This document shows positions 1 through 8,819 of a DNA stretch of 59,500 nucleotides, piece by piece. Made by a program: the position numbers and the translations under genes. Source of the stretch: Minisyncoccia bacterium (GTDB lineage: Bacteria > Patescibacteriota > Minisyncoccia > Phycocordibacterales > Phycocordibacteraceae); contig JBAQEU010000035.1 in the NCBI GenBank assembly GCA_049286905.1, forward strand, positions 1 to 59,500, given 5' to 3'. How positions within the stretch are numbered: position 1 is the stretch's first letter; the number at the start of each line of letters is the position of its first letter. The notes under the pieces were generated by a model. That model searched no databases and was not told the origin of the DNA. It was given only the letters and a program-made list of their open reading frames with translations.

Positions 1-282
1 GCTCTCCTTGAACTTCACGATGAGCTCTACTGTCTCGGCTGCGGGCTCTTCGACGAGTACCGTATCGACCGAAGATATCTCTGCTACAGGAGCCTCTTCA
101 GGGGTGCTGGTTGCCGCCGCTGCCTCAGGCGTCGTTGACGCAGTCTCTTCCTCGGGAGCCGGTTCCTGGATTGCCGGAGACTCTGGAAGCACGATCTGCT
201 CGCCCGTTTCCTGGGCGAGTGCGGGGATAAACATGCCGAACGCGAGGACGGCCATGAGGACGCCGGAAAGTAGCCTTTTCAT
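1..282 (-). CDS. secreted protein, N-terminal fragment (gene continues past the left edge)
   Basis: Read by eye on the minus strand: ATG at 282..280, then MKRLLSGVLMAVLAFGMFIPALAQETGEQ. This gives a basic n-region, a hydrophobic core and an ALA-Q cleavage-like site. The frame stays open to nt 1, so it is absent from the ORF track. A TATAGT box lies 6 nt upstream. Confidence 0.55.
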   Translation of the reverse strand, partial: MKRLLSGVLMAVLAFGMFIPALAQETGEQIVLPESPAIQEPAPEEETASTTPEAAAATSTPEEAPVAEISSVDTVLVEEPAAETVELIVKFKES

Positions 283-320
283 GGGGAAACTATACACCTT
301 CGAGATAGAGAAAAGATAAA

Positions 321-336
321 GTCCCCTTTCGGGGAC
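321..336 (-). terminator. hairpin GTCCCC-TTTC-GGGGAC 3' of tRNA-Tyr
   Basis: Perfect 6-bp GC stem with a 4-nt loop, 13 nt after the tRNA CCA end. There is no clear U-run. Confidence 0.35.
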
Positions 337-349
337 CATATCTCTATCT

Positions 350-435
350 TGGTGCGCCGGGTTGGATTCGAACCAACGAAGGCCGAAGCCGACAGGTTTA
401 CAGCCTGTTGTAATTGACCACTCTACCACCGATGC
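350..435 (-). tRNA. tRNA-Tyr (anticodon GTA), class II, CCA encoded
   Basis: Manual cloverleaf. Acceptor GCATCGG/CCGGCGC (one A3-C70 mismatch, one G-U). D arm GTA-GAGTGGTCAAT-TAC. Anticodon arm ACAGG-CTGTAAA-CCTGT. Long variable arm CGGCTTCGGCCTTC. T arm GTTGG-TTCGAAT-CCAAC, then A73 and CCA. Confidence 0.88.
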
Positions 436-444
436 GCTTCGGCC

Positions 445-450
445 AGTATA
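445..450 (-). promoter_or_regulatory. -10 box TATACT, 9 nt upstream of the tRNA-Tyr 5' end
   Basis: The minus strand reads TATACTggccgaagc followed by tRNA nt 1. It lies between the tyrS stop and the tRNA. Confidence 0.4.
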
Positions 451-464
451 GCCGATTTCGGCCG

Positions 465-1778
465 TTATTTCAAAACGAGAATCAGCACCCCTTGCTTGCC
501 TTTACGGATGAGGGCGTAGCCGCCGGGGAGGTCGTGAGTGTGGAGTTCCTGACTCGGGTTCTCGATCGGGAGACCGGAGAGCGTAACTCCCTTCCCTTCG
601 ATCAGTCGTCGCGCGTCGCTCTTGCTTGACGCAAGACCGCCGGTGACGATCGTCTCCGCGAGCGAGACGCCTGCTTCAAGATCTTTCTTTGCGAGTGTGA
701 CTGAAGGTGCTTCGGCGAGGGCGACCTGTCGCGCTTCGCGCGAGAGCTCGGCAAAAGAGGTGTCGCCGAAGAGTGCGTCGGTTGCGGCCACCACCTGTGC
801 GGTTACTGCCGGGCCGTGCACAATCTCGGTCACGAGTCGCGCGAGCGTCTCTTGGGCTTGGCGGTTGCCAGGCTTACGATGATGGAGCTCTATGAGCGCG
901 TCTATCTCGGCGACCGGGAGGAATGTGTAGACCCGCAGATACGTTTCGAGTCCGTCGTCAGGGAGGTTAATCCAGAATTGGTAGAACTTGAATGGCGAAG
1001 TCTTCTTGGGGTCGAGCCAGATAGCATTCCCCTCGCTCTTGCCGAATTTCTTGCCGGTAGAATCAGTAACGAGCGGTACGGTAAAACCGTACACCTCGTC
1101 CCCAGCTTTCTTGCGAGTGAGGTCAACGCCTGAGAGGATGTTTGTCCACTGGTCGGTCGCGCCGATTTGCAGGTCACAGCCGTGCTCTTTGTGGAGCGTG
1201 AGGTAGTCGAACCCCTGGAGGAGCGAGTACGTGAACTCCGTGTACGAGATGCTGTCGTCTGGGTTGTCGAGACGCTTCTTGATTATTTCGCGCTTCACGA
1301 GCTCGTTGACTGTGAAATGCTTGCCGATGTCGCGCAGAAACGGCACGAGCTTCACCCCCATGAGCCAATCGGCATTATCTACCATTTTGAACGGAGTGCG
1401 GCCGAGCAGGTTCTTGAACTGGCCTTTCAGCGCGCGCGTATTCGCCGCGACGGTCTTCTCATCGAGCATCGGGCGCTCGCCTTTCTCCTTGGGGTCGCCA
1501 ATCATACCGGTGCCGCCGCCGACGAGGAACAGGAGCTTGTTGCCTGCGTCACCGAGGCGCTTCATCGCGAGCACAGGGACCAGATGCCCGACGTGGAGCG
1601 AGTCGGCGGTCGGGTCGATGCCGAGGTAGGCGGTACGTGGCTTGTCGAATATCCGCTCAGGAGCGGCAGACGACTGCTCAATCAGTCCGCGGGCTTTCAG
1701 TTCGCTCGCGAGCGTCGCTCCGCCTGCGCCGTGCCGGATGTCACCAGTGACTGAGGAATGAGATGAGAAGAGTGCCAT
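465..1778 (-). CDS. tyrS: tyrosyl-tRNA synthetase
   Basis: 437-aa ORF with a class I HIGH motif (HVGHL), a KMSKS-type KFGKS motif, and a C-terminal S4-like tail. Confidence 0.95.
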   Translation of the reverse strand: MALFSSHSSVTGDIRHGAGGATLASELKARGLIEQSSAAPERIFDKPRTAYLGIDPTADSLHVGHLVPVLAMKRLGDAGNKLLFLVGGGTGMIGDPKEKGERPMLDEKTVAANTRALKGQFKNLLGRTPFKMVDNADWLMGVKLVPFLRDIGKHFTVNELVKREIIKKRLDNPDDSISYTEFTYSLLQGFDYLTLHKEHGCDLQIGATDQWTNILSGVDLTRKKAGDEVYGFTVPLVTDSTGKKFGKSEGNAIWLDPKKTSPFKFYQFWINLPDDGLETYLRVYTFLPVAEIDALIELHHRKPGNRQAQETLARLVTEIVHGPAVTAQVVAATDALFGDTSFAELSREARQVALAEAPSVTLAKKDLEAGVSLAETIVTGGLASSKSDARRLIEGKGVTLSGLPIENPSQELHTHDLPGGYALIRKGKQGVLILVLK

Positions 1779-1784
1779 GGAGAA

Positions 1785-1790
1785 ACTATA
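1785..1790 (-). promoter_or_regulatory. -10 box TATAGT, 6 nt upstream of the tyrS ATG (leaderless-type)
   Basis: The minus strand reads TATAGTttctccATG. The box overlaps the stop codon of the upstream ABC gene. Confidence 0.45.
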
Positions 1791-3582
1791 TCACCTCTTC
1801 GTCGACGTCGATAAACCCGCCAGCCTGGATTTCCCAGAGCTTCTTGTAGAGGTTACTCTCCTGTGCGAGGAGTTCATCGTGTGTGCCCGAGAGGATAGCT
1901 TTTCCGTTTTCCATCACAATAATGCGATCCATCTTCATGACGGTCGAGAGACGGTGTGCAATCGCGATGACGGTCTTGCCCTGCATCAGTTTGGCAAGGG
2001 CGTCCTGAATAAGAGCTTCAGACTCAGAGTCGAGACTTGATGTCGCTTCATCGAGGATGAGTATCGGTGCGTTTTTGAGGATCGCGCGGGCGATAGCAAT
2101 GCGCTGGCGTTCGCCACCCGAGAGTTTGATACCGCGCTCGCCGACGAAGGTGTCATAGCCTTCTGGTAATTTCGAGATGAATTCATGGCAGTGGGCACTC
2201 TTTGCGGCCGCAATAATCTCTTCCTCGGTCGCATCTTGTTTCCCATAGCGGATGTTGTCGCGCAGAGTGCGATGAAAGAGTATCGACTCTTGCGGAACGA
2301 ACGAAATCAGTCTGCGCAAGCTTTCTTTCGTTACCTTGCTGATGTCTTGATTGTCGATAGTTATCACCCCAACACTCGGGTCATAGAGACGCAAGAGAAG
2401 TTTTGTAATGGTCGTCTTTCCTGCTCCTGAAGGGCCGACAAGCGCGACTTTTTCTCCGCCACGGATGTCGAGCGAGAAGTGATCGAGCACCGGCCGGTCA
2501 GGGGTGAAGTAGAACGAAGTGTCTCCAAACTCGATTTTGCCGTCAGTGAGTTCGAGTGCCTTCGCGCTTTCTGCGTCTTGGATGGCGTGTGGCATCTCCA
2601 TGATGTCCACCATTTCTGAAGCATCGGCGAACGCGTCGTAGAGCTGTCGAAGCGCGTTGCCCATATTCCATATCTGATCAATGAGTCCAAGTATGTACAC
2701 TTGAATCAAGACGAAATCGCCAACCGTGAGAAGGCCCTTCTGCCAGAGGAGTACGGCGCCGCCAAGAAGCCCGACCTCGACTACTATCGCGAGTGCATGC
2801 TGGATACCGTTTATCCACATGTTTGAATTCCATGATCGGAGCGTTATCGTTTGCCACGAATGCACTATTGAGCCGAGAATCGACTGTTCTGTTTTCTCTG
2901 TTGCGAAAAATGCAATAGTCGAATGGTTTCCGATTGCATCTGAGAGAGCACCGGTCATGCGGCTGTCTTCGGCCGCACGTGCGACGCGAATCGGATGTCG
3001 CCATCGTGTAAGTAATACTTGAATCGTTACGAAAAGGATGACCCAAACAAGCAGACCGAGACCGAGCCATATATTTCGTGTGTAGAGAATATAGATACTT
3101 CCCGCGGCGAAGAGGAATGTCTGAAAGAAGCTAAACACAAGGCCGTCGAACACTTGCTCATATGCTCTCGCATATCGAGTCACGCGGCGCGTGAGTGTGC
3201 CGGCGAAGTTAGAAATAAAGAAGTCGTGGCCGTGACGAATCAGGTGAGAGAAGGCAGAGTTCGTAAGGTCTGCCATCACTCGGGCCTCGATTTGCACAAT
3301 CGCAGCTATTTGGATGCGTCGAGATGTCCAATTTGCTGCACCGACACCGGCGTATACAAGCAGAACTCCGAAAAGAGAGGAAACAACGACTGAGGGAGCC
3401 TCTCCGGACGAGAGAATGTTTATGAATTCTCGTAAATACAGCGGAGCAACAACCGAGGCAATCAGGGCGCAGATTGTACCAAGCAATACGAAAGTAAGTG
3501 CGACTGGATATTTCGCAGACGCCATAAGATAAACCCGCAAAACGGGCCAGACACGAACATTTTTCTTCGGTTCTTGGGGCAT
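1786..3582 (-). CDS. ABC exporter, fused permease/ATPase (MsbA-like)
   Basis: Hydrophobic six-TM-like N-terminal half plus an NBD with Walker A GPSGAGKTT, signature LSGGERQR and Walker B ILILDEATSSLD. Start placed at ATG 3582 (MPQEPKK); the ORF-track start is 3606. Confidence 0.9.
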   Translation of the reverse strand: MPQEPKKNVRVWPVLRVYLMASAKYPVALTFVLLGTICALIASVVAPLYLREFINILSSGEAPSVVVSSLFGVLLVYAGVGAANWTSRRIQIAAIVQIEARVMADLTNSAFSHLIRHGHDFFISNFAGTLTRRVTRYARAYEQVFDGLVFSFFQTFLFAAGSIYILYTRNIWLGLGLLVWVILFVTIQVLLTRWRHPIRVARAAEDSRMTGALSDAIGNHSTIAFFATEKTEQSILGSIVHSWQTITLRSWNSNMWINGIQHALAIVVEVGLLGGAVLLWQKGLLTVGDFVLIQVYILGLIDQIWNMGNALRQLYDAFADASEMVDIMEMPHAIQDAESAKALELTDGKIEFGDTSFYFTPDRPVLDHFSLDIRGGEKVALVGPSGAGKTTITKLLLRLYDPSVGVITIDNQDISKVTKESLRRLISFVPQESILFHRTLRDNIRYGKQDATEEEIIAAAKSAHCHEFISKLPEGYDTFVGERGIKLSGGERQRIAIARAILKNAPILILDEATSSLDSESEALIQDALAKLMQGKTVIAIAHRLSTVMKMDRIIVMENGKAILSGTHDELLAQESNLYKKLWEIQAGGFIDVDEEVI

Positions 3583-3588
3583 GCTGAA

Positions 3589-3594
3589 AGTATA
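3589..3594 (-). promoter_or_regulatory. -10 box TATACT, 6 nt upstream of the ABC exporter ATG
   Basis: The minus strand reads GCTATACTttcagcATG. Confidence 0.45.
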
Positions 3595-3651
3595 GCGCAA
3601 AACCAAAGTTCGACCCTAACCCGGCTTTCCGAGGACGAACCGTGGGTGTAT

Positions 3652-4170
3652 TTAGCGGGCGAGGAAGAAGAGGCCGACGGCTGGGGCGACGAACCACCAG
3701 AAGAAGAATTGCTCAGGCGAGAATATCGCGGCGATAGGTGCCGTGAAGGTGTACACGGTGGTCACATCGAACACATGGTATGCGAGCGCGATGAGAAATG
3801 CGGTGGCGAGAAAGGCAAGGATGATAAGCCCGATATTGCCGACATAGAGGAAGTCAGAGACGACGACGCGTCGCAAAATGACATAGAACACGAACGAGAG
3901 AGCCAGGTAGAGACCGGCGTGCGCGAGGAATGCTGTTATCGCGGGAGCGGTTGGGAGGAGCGACATGAACGGGAACGCCGCGTAGAGCGCGTAGGAGCAG
4001 TAGAACGCTATGAGGATGGCGACAAACGGTCCCCGCCCCACGTACCACGCGAAGAGGAAGAACACGACTATCGGCACAATGATGATGAGGAAATCGCCTA
4101 CAGAGCTCCATGCGTTAAACGCCGAGCGGGTGAGCTCGGTCACTTGCGTGAGTCCCTGGGTGGCGTCCAT
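3652..4170 (-). CDS. polytopic membrane protein, unknown function
   Basis: Several long hydrophobic segments. Start set at ATG 4170 (MDATQG) because a strong terminator at 4228..4250 lies inside the longer track ORF (3652..4260). Confidence 0.6.
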   Translation of the reverse strand: MDATQGLTQVTELTRSAFNAWSSVGDFLIIIVPIVVFFLFAWYVGRGPFVAILIAFYCSYALYAAFPFMSLLPTAPAITAFLAHAGLYLALSFVFYVILRRVVVSDFLYVGNIGLIILAFLATAFLIALAYHVFDVTTVYTFTAPIAAIFSPEQFFFWWFVAPAVGLFFLAR

Positions 4171-4177
4171 GCTGGGT

Positions 4178-4183
4178 AGTATA
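4178..4183 (-). promoter_or_regulatory. -10 box (TG)TATACT, 7 nt upstream of ATG 4170
   Basis: The minus strand reads TGTATACTacccagcATG. Confidence 0.4.
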
Positions 4184-4220
4184 CACCGCAGAGAGACAGC
4201 CGCCGACCAGTCGGTGGGTG

Positions 4221-4255
4221 AAAAAACAAAAGCCCCGAAAATCGGGGCTTTTTGT
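4221..4255 (-). terminator. intrinsic terminator after the Cys-rich gene
   Basis: AAAGCCCCGA-aaa-TCGGGGCTTT stem with flanking A and T runs. The hairpin is symmetric, so it could act in either direction. Confidence 0.75.
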
Positions 4256-4269
4256 ATCACTTGAACAAA

Positions 4270-4593
4270 TCAATCGCACGAACTGCATCCACTGCTGGTA
4301 CCGCCACAGCAGTGGCAACAGTTGCCGCAGTAGCACCGGGTTGGTTCGACTGTGAGGCAGTTCATGCAGACGTCACGACCTTCGTCTGCTGCCTCCTCTG
4401 CTAGCCGGAGTTGTTCTTCTCGTAGCCGGATTTGGCGCTCCCGAGCATCCTCGTTCGCGATTCTTTCCAATCTTTTCCTTTCAGCGTCGGCTTCTTCTTC
4501 GTTCTTTTTATAGACGACTTTCATTGCGACGCCTAGTATTATGGCCCCTACTACCAAGGCGACAATATCGTCACCATCTTTGCCTTTGCTCAT
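4270..4593 (-). CDS. small membrane-anchored coiled-coil protein with a Cys-rich C-terminal tail
   Basis: 107 aa with SD AGGAGAA upstream. One N-terminal TM (IVALVVGAIILGVAMKVV), then a charged helical ERKRLERI...LREEQLRLAEE stretch. It ends in CMNCLTVEPTRCYCGNCCHCCGGTSSGCSSCD, which has 10 Cys in 33 aa. Confidence 0.65.
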   Translation of the reverse strand: MSKGKDGDDIVALVVGAIILGVAMKVVYKKNEEEADAERKRLERIANEDARERQIRLREEQLRLAEEAADEGRDVCMNCLTVEPTRCYCGNCCHCCGGTSSGCSSCD

Positions 4594-4675
4594 GATTCTT
4601 CTCCTGTGTGCAATTAACCAATCCGAAATATACCAACTCCCGAAAGGAAGTCAATTTTTTAAAAACCAAAGACTT

Positions 4676-5758
4676 TTAGAGGCCCTCGGATTTGAGTTCG
4701 TCGACGACCTTTTTCGCTTTGCCGGAGAGTTTGTTTGGCATGGCGACTTCGAGGCGGATGATGAGGTCGCCTCGAGAGCTGCCCTCGGGGATGCCCTTAC
4801 CGCGCACGCGCAGGAGCTCTTCGGCGCGTTTCATCACGGGGATTTTCACTTCGAGCATCTTCCCTTCTATGGACTCGATAGAGACTGTCGCGCCAAGGAG
4901 CGCGTCAGTGAGCTTCACCGGGAGGCTCATGATCAGGTTTGATCCATCGCGGCGGAAGGTCGCATGCGGCTTCACATGTATCTTCACGTAGAGGTCGCCG
5001 GCAGTGCCTGCCTTGATAGCTTCGCCTTGCTGCGGCAGACGTATCATCTCGCCGTTGTCGATGCCGGCAGGGATGGTGATCTTCATCTCGACTTCTTTGC
5101 GATGCACGCCATGACCCTTACACTCTGGGCACTTTTCCTTCGGTATCTTGCCGGTGCCGTCGCAGGCGGCGCAGACGCGCGAGCTCGCCATCTGACCGAA
5201 GACGGTGTTGCGCACTTCTTGGACTTGGCCTTTGCCGTTGCAGGTCTTGCAGGTCTCAAGTTCGGTGCCGGGCTTCGCGCCGTTGCCCTTGCAGAGGTCG
5301 CAGGTCGAGACTTTGCCGATGAGCACCGTGCGCTCGGTACCGAAGACTGCGTCTTTGAACGGTATCTCGAGGTCGATGGAGATGTCGCGGCCACGCGGCG
5401 TGCGCTGTTGCTGACCTCGACCACCATTGAAGATATCGCCAAAGATGTCGTTGAAGTCGAACTCGACGCCGCCATTGCCGAATCCCTGCTGGAATTGGGA
5501 GAAGTCGAACCCGCCAAAAGGATTGCCGCTCGGCTGACCCGGATTCCCTCCTGGGAATGACTGCCCATAGGTGTCGTATTCTCGGCGCTTCTTCTCGTCG
5601 CTCAAGACCGAGTATGCCTCGGTAATCTCTTTGAACTTGTCGTCAGAACCGCCCTTGTCGGGGTGGTGTTTGTGCGCGAGCGTCCGAAACGCCTTCTTGA
5701 TGTCGTCCTGAGTCGCCTTCTTGTCGACGCCGAGGGTGTTGTAGTAGTCTTTCGCCAT
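4676..5758 (-). CDS. dnaJ: chaperone DnaJ
   Basis: J domain (DYYNTLGV...HPDK), a G/F-rich region, and four CxxCxGxG zinc-finger repeats. Start at ATG 5758 (MAKDYY); the track ORF extends to 5857. Confidence 0.95.
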   Translation of the reverse strand: MAKDYYNTLGVDKKATQDDIKKAFRTLAHKHHPDKGGSDDKFKEITEAYSVLSDEKKRREYDTYGQSFPGGNPGQPSGNPFGGFDFSQFQQGFGNGGVEFDFNDIFGDIFNGGRGQQQRTPRGRDISIDLEIPFKDAVFGTERTVLIGKVSTCDLCKGNGAKPGTELETCKTCNGKGQVQEVRNTVFGQMASSRVCAACDGTGKIPKEKCPECKGHGVHRKEVEMKITIPAGIDNGEMIRLPQQGEAIKAGTAGDLYVKIHVKPHATFRRDGSNLIMSLPVKLTDALLGATVSIESIEGKMLEVKIPVMKRAEELLRVRGKGIPEGSSRGDLIIRLEVAMPNKLSGKAKKVVDELKSEGL

Positions 5759-5767
5759 GTTTTTGTC

Positions 5768-5773
5768 ATTATA
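5768..5773 (-). promoter_or_regulatory. -10 box TATAAT, 9 nt upstream of the dnaJ ATG
   Basis: The minus strand reads GCGTATAATgacaaaaacATG. Confidence 0.4.
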
Positions 5774-5798
5774 CGCTTTTGTGTTTCTGTATGCAAAA

Positions 5799-5829
5799 TA
5801 AAAAAGCGAAGCCGGAGCCTCGCTTTTTT
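5799..5829 (-). terminator. intrinsic terminator after the TIM-barrel gene
   Basis: GCGAGGC-TCCG-GCTTCGC stem (one G-U) flanked by A and T runs. Confidence 0.65.
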
Positions 5830-5850
5830 GTACGAAAGGTGCAAAACAAG

Positions 5851-6672
5851 TTACCAATGTTTCATCGCGTCGCCGACCAAAGCAACGCCCGCTTTGATGT
5901 ATTTCGTGGTTGCAGGAACACTGAGTTGATCCGAAGATTCACCAATTCCCTTCGGGGTCCGCAAGCGTCCTTCGGCGTCGATATTTATCGGGCCGAGTCG
6001 GCGCATGAGACCTTTAAGCTCGTGCACGTTACTTGCTTCGCGGCCGCCGGCGACACCTGGTTGCATGCCGGATGGAATCTCGCTATCGGCAATGCAAGCA
6101 AATGCATGCCAGATATTGAGCTCCAGACTATTGCCGCCACTCGGGTCAACCAAGAAGTCATCCACTACGTCTCGATATGCCCCGAGCGCTTCGCCCATAA
6201 AGATCTCGCCAGGTTCGGCGACGTCTTCGAGTGCGCCTGCACCGATCTGCAGAATGATGCGGAGGTCAGGGTATTTACGCCGGACACGTTGCATCTTGAC
6301 CGGGTTCACCCAACGGATGTTGAGTTGAATCGCATCGATCTCGCCCGGTGCGATGCTCATGAGCTGATCCACTTGTTCGTCGATTGTCGACGCGTCTTTT
6401 GTGTTGTAGTGGATTGTGCGGAGCAAATGCTCCGAGTTAAGCGATAGGAGCTCGGGAATACGATCAATCGGTGGATATCGATGCAACCACGAGTTCGCTT
6501 CGCCCGCGAGCGTTTTCGCACTCATTAATATGCCCGCCATGAACTTCAGATTCTTGGCGACATGCTCGCCTTGGGCGTGTGCGGCTTCGCGGAATGTGTT
6601 GTCACAAGCCACGAGTTCTCCAAGGGTCATAAACCCGGTAACGCCGACATACGGGCCGATTTTCTTTGCCAT
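5851..6672 (-). CDS. TIM-barrel protein resembling phosphoribosylanthranilate isomerase (TrpF-like)
   Basis: 273 aa. By eye, YVGVTGF, IDAIQLN, VDPSGGNS, GVAGGREASNV and NIDAEGRL line up with the TrpF blocks (KICGIT, AVQLHG, LDT..GGSG, LSGGL.P.NV, VDVSSGVE). The similarity is remote. Confidence 0.45.
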   Translation of the reverse strand: MAKKIGPYVGVTGFMTLGELVACDNTFREAAHAQGEHVAKNLKFMAGILMSAKTLAGEANSWLHRYPPIDRIPELLSLNSEHLLRTIHYNTKDASTIDEQVDQLMSIAPGEIDAIQLNIRWVNPVKMQRVRRKYPDLRIILQIGAGALEDVAEPGEIFMGEALGAYRDVVDDFLVDPSGGNSLELNIWHAFACIADSEIPSGMQPGVAGGREASNVHELKGLMRRLGPINIDAEGRLRTPKGIGESSDQLSVPATTKYIKAGVALVGDAMKHW

Positions 6673-6820
6673 GACAAGTACCTCTCTTTGGTTGTGGCCG
6701 AAATGGCCGGTTGGTCAAAACAACTCTCTGATTGGACAGTAATACACAGACTGAGGGAGGTCAACAAAACAGAAAGGCCCACAGTTCCCGCGAGCCGAAG
6801 GCGAGCGGGGGTTGTGCTGT

Positions 6821-6841
6821 TACATAGGGTTACCCTATGTA
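6821..6841. repeat. 21-nt palindrome TACATAGGGTTACCCTATGTA (copy 1 of 2)
   Basis: It abuts the dnaK stop codon. A near-identical copy lies at 11807..11827. Confidence 0.6.
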
Positions 6842-8740
6842 TTATTCTTTCTCTTTGAACTCGGCGTCGGTTGGGCCGGCTGATTCGGGTGGTTTTTCAT
6901 CGCTTCCCTGCCCTCCCGTAGCCTCTGGCGAAGGAGGGGCCGATTTTGCCATGGCTTCCCCAATTTTTGAAAGAGTTGCTGAGAGTGCTTCGGTAGCGGA
7001 TTTGATAGTGCCCGCGTCTTCGCTCTCGCGAGCGACCTTGAGCGCATCAATCTTGTCTTGTACCTCTTTCACCACCTCAGCACCGGCCTTTTCGCCGTTG
7101 TCTTTGATAGCTTTCTCTGCGGCGTAGACTGCTTGATCGGCGATATTGCGAGCCTCGACGAGTTCTTTCCGCTTCTCGTCGTCAGCGGCATGCGCTTCAG
7201 CGTCTTTCTGCATCTTCTCGATGTCTTCTTTGGAGAGACCGGTCGAACCTTCGATGCGGATACTCTGTTCTTTACCAGTCGTCTTCTCTTTTGCTTTGAC
7301 CGTAAGAATGCCTGAAGCGTCGACATCGAAGGTCACCTCCACTTGCGGGAGCCCTCGCGGAGCCGGTGGGATACCGTCGAGCATGAACTTACCGAGCGAC
7401 TTGTTGTCGGCGCTCATCGCGCGCTCACCCTGGGTGATATGAATCTCGACCGATGCCTGATTGTCGGCGGCAGTGGAGAACGTCTGTGAGCGGCTGGTCG
7501 GGATCGCGGTGTTGCGCTCAACAAGCTTCGTTGCGACCCCGCCCATCGTCTCGATAGCGAGCGAGAGCGGGATCACGTCGACGAGCAGGATGTCGTGCAC
7601 ATCGCCCTGGAGGATGCCCGCCTGGATAGCCGCGCCCACTGCGACGACTTCGTCCGGGTTCACGGTCATGTTCGGCTTCTTGCCGAAGAACTGCTCGACA
7701 GCCGCCTGGATAGCCGGCATGCGTGTCTGACCGCCCACGAGGATGACCTCGTTGATGTCAGCAACCTTGAACGGCGATGCTTCCATCGCACGCTTGGTGA
7801 TGCCCATCGCGCGCTCGATGAATTCGGCTGAGAGCTCTTCGAGTTTCGCGCGCGTCATCTTGATGAGTAGGTGGCGCGGGCCGGTGGCGTCTGAGGTGAG
7901 GAATGGAATGTTGATCTCGGTTTCCATCGCGCTTGAGAGCTCAATCTTCGCTTTCTCAGCGGCTTCGTCGAGGCGCTGGCGCGCGAGCGCGTCGGTACGC
8001 ACGTCGATACCACTCTCTTTCTTGAATTCGTCTGCGAGCCAGTTGATGATTTTCTGATCGACATCCTTACCGCCCAAGTGCGCGTCGCCGTCGGTACTCT
8101 TCACCTCGATCACGTCGCCACCCACTTCGAGCACCGAGATGTCGAAGGTACCGCCGCCAAAGTCGAACACGGCAATCTTCTCGTCTTTCTTCTTATTAAA
8201 TCCATAGGCGAGCGCGGCGGCTGTCGGCTCGTTGATGATGCGGAGCACTTCGAGACCGGCAATCTGACCTGCGGCCTTGGTCGCACTGCGCTGGTCGTCG
8301 TTGAAATATGCTGGAACCGTGATGACCGCCTGGGTAATCTTCTCGCCAAGCTTCGCTTCTGCATCGGCCTTGAGCTTGCCGAGTATCATCGCTGAGAGTT
8401 CCTCGGGGCGATACCACTTGTCGTTCATCTTGACCTCGATGCCGCCGTTGTCGGCCTTCTTCATCTCGAAAGGCACAGCCGCTTTATCCTTCTGTACGTC
8501 AGCTTCGTCAAAGGTGTGGCCGATGAAGCGCTTGATCTGGAAGATAGTGTTGAGAGGATTCGTCACCGACTGGCGCTTAGCAAGCGTGCCGACGATGCGC
8601 TCCCCGGTCTTCCCTACGGCGACGATAGATGGCGTGGTGCGTGCGCCCTCGGCATTCTCGAGAATGCGCGGCTCGCCACCCTCGACGATAGCCATCGCCG
8701 AGTTCGTCGTTCCCAAATCGATACCAAGTATTTTTGCCAT
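6842..8740 (-). CDS. dnaK: chaperone DnaK (Hsp70)
   Basis: 632 aa with the Hsp70 signatures [17 protein letters not shown] and [11 protein letters not shown]. Confidence 0.97.
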   Translation of the reverse strand: MAKILGIDLGTTNSAMAIVEGGEPRILENAEGARTTPSIVAVGKTGERIVGTLAKRQSVTNPLNTIFQIKRFIGHTFDEADVQKDKAAVPFEMKKADNGGIEVKMNDKWYRPEELSAMILGKLKADAEAKLGEKITQAVITVPAYFNDDQRSATKAAGQIAGLEVLRIINEPTAAALAYGFNKKKDEKIAVFDFGGGTFDISVLEVGGDVIEVKSTDGDAHLGGKDVDQKIINWLADEFKKESGIDVRTDALARQRLDEAAEKAKIELSSAMETEINIPFLTSDATGPRHLLIKMTRAKLEELSAEFIERAMGITKRAMEASPFKVADINEVILVGGQTRMPAIQAAVEQFFGKKPNMTVNPDEVVAVGAAIQAGILQGDVHDILLVDVIPLSLAIETMGGVATKLVERNTAIPTSRSQTFSTAADNQASVEIHITQGERAMSADNKSLGKFMLDGIPPAPRGLPQVEVTFDVDASGILTVKAKEKTTGKEQSIRIEGSTGLSKEDIEKMQKDAEAHAADDEKRKELVEARNIADQAVYAAEKAIKDNGEKAGAEVVKEVQDKIDALKVARESEDAGTIKSATEALSATLSKIGEAMAKSAPPSPEATGGQGSDEKPPESAGPTDAEFKEKE

Positions 8741-8796
8741 ATATATTAATTAAATTACGAACAATAATTCTACAGAAAACACTGTCTTGTATGCAA

Positions 8797-8819
8797 GTTA
8801 GGACATCGGATGTCCTAAC
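8797..8819. promoter_or_regulatory. 23-nt palindrome GTTAGGACATC-G-GATGTCCTAAC between grpE and dnaK
   Basis: Perfect 11-bp arms. It overlaps the grpE stop and lies 57 nt upstream of the dnaK ATG. It could be a hairpin or an operator; its function is unknown. Confidence 0.4.

Noticed and set aside
8-319. 103-aa plus-strand ORF from the track (Ser/Ala/Gly-rich).
   Set aside because: It is low-complexity and exactly antisense to a minus-strand frame. That frame starts with a convincing signal peptide and has a -10 box 6 nt upstream. The minus-strand reading is preferred.
8797-8819. CIRCE/HrcA operator upstream of dnaK.
   Set aside because: CIRCE is TTAGCACTC-N9-GAGTGCTAA. This palindrome shares only the TTAG...CTAA ends and has a 1-nt spacer. 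No hrcA gene is in the window.
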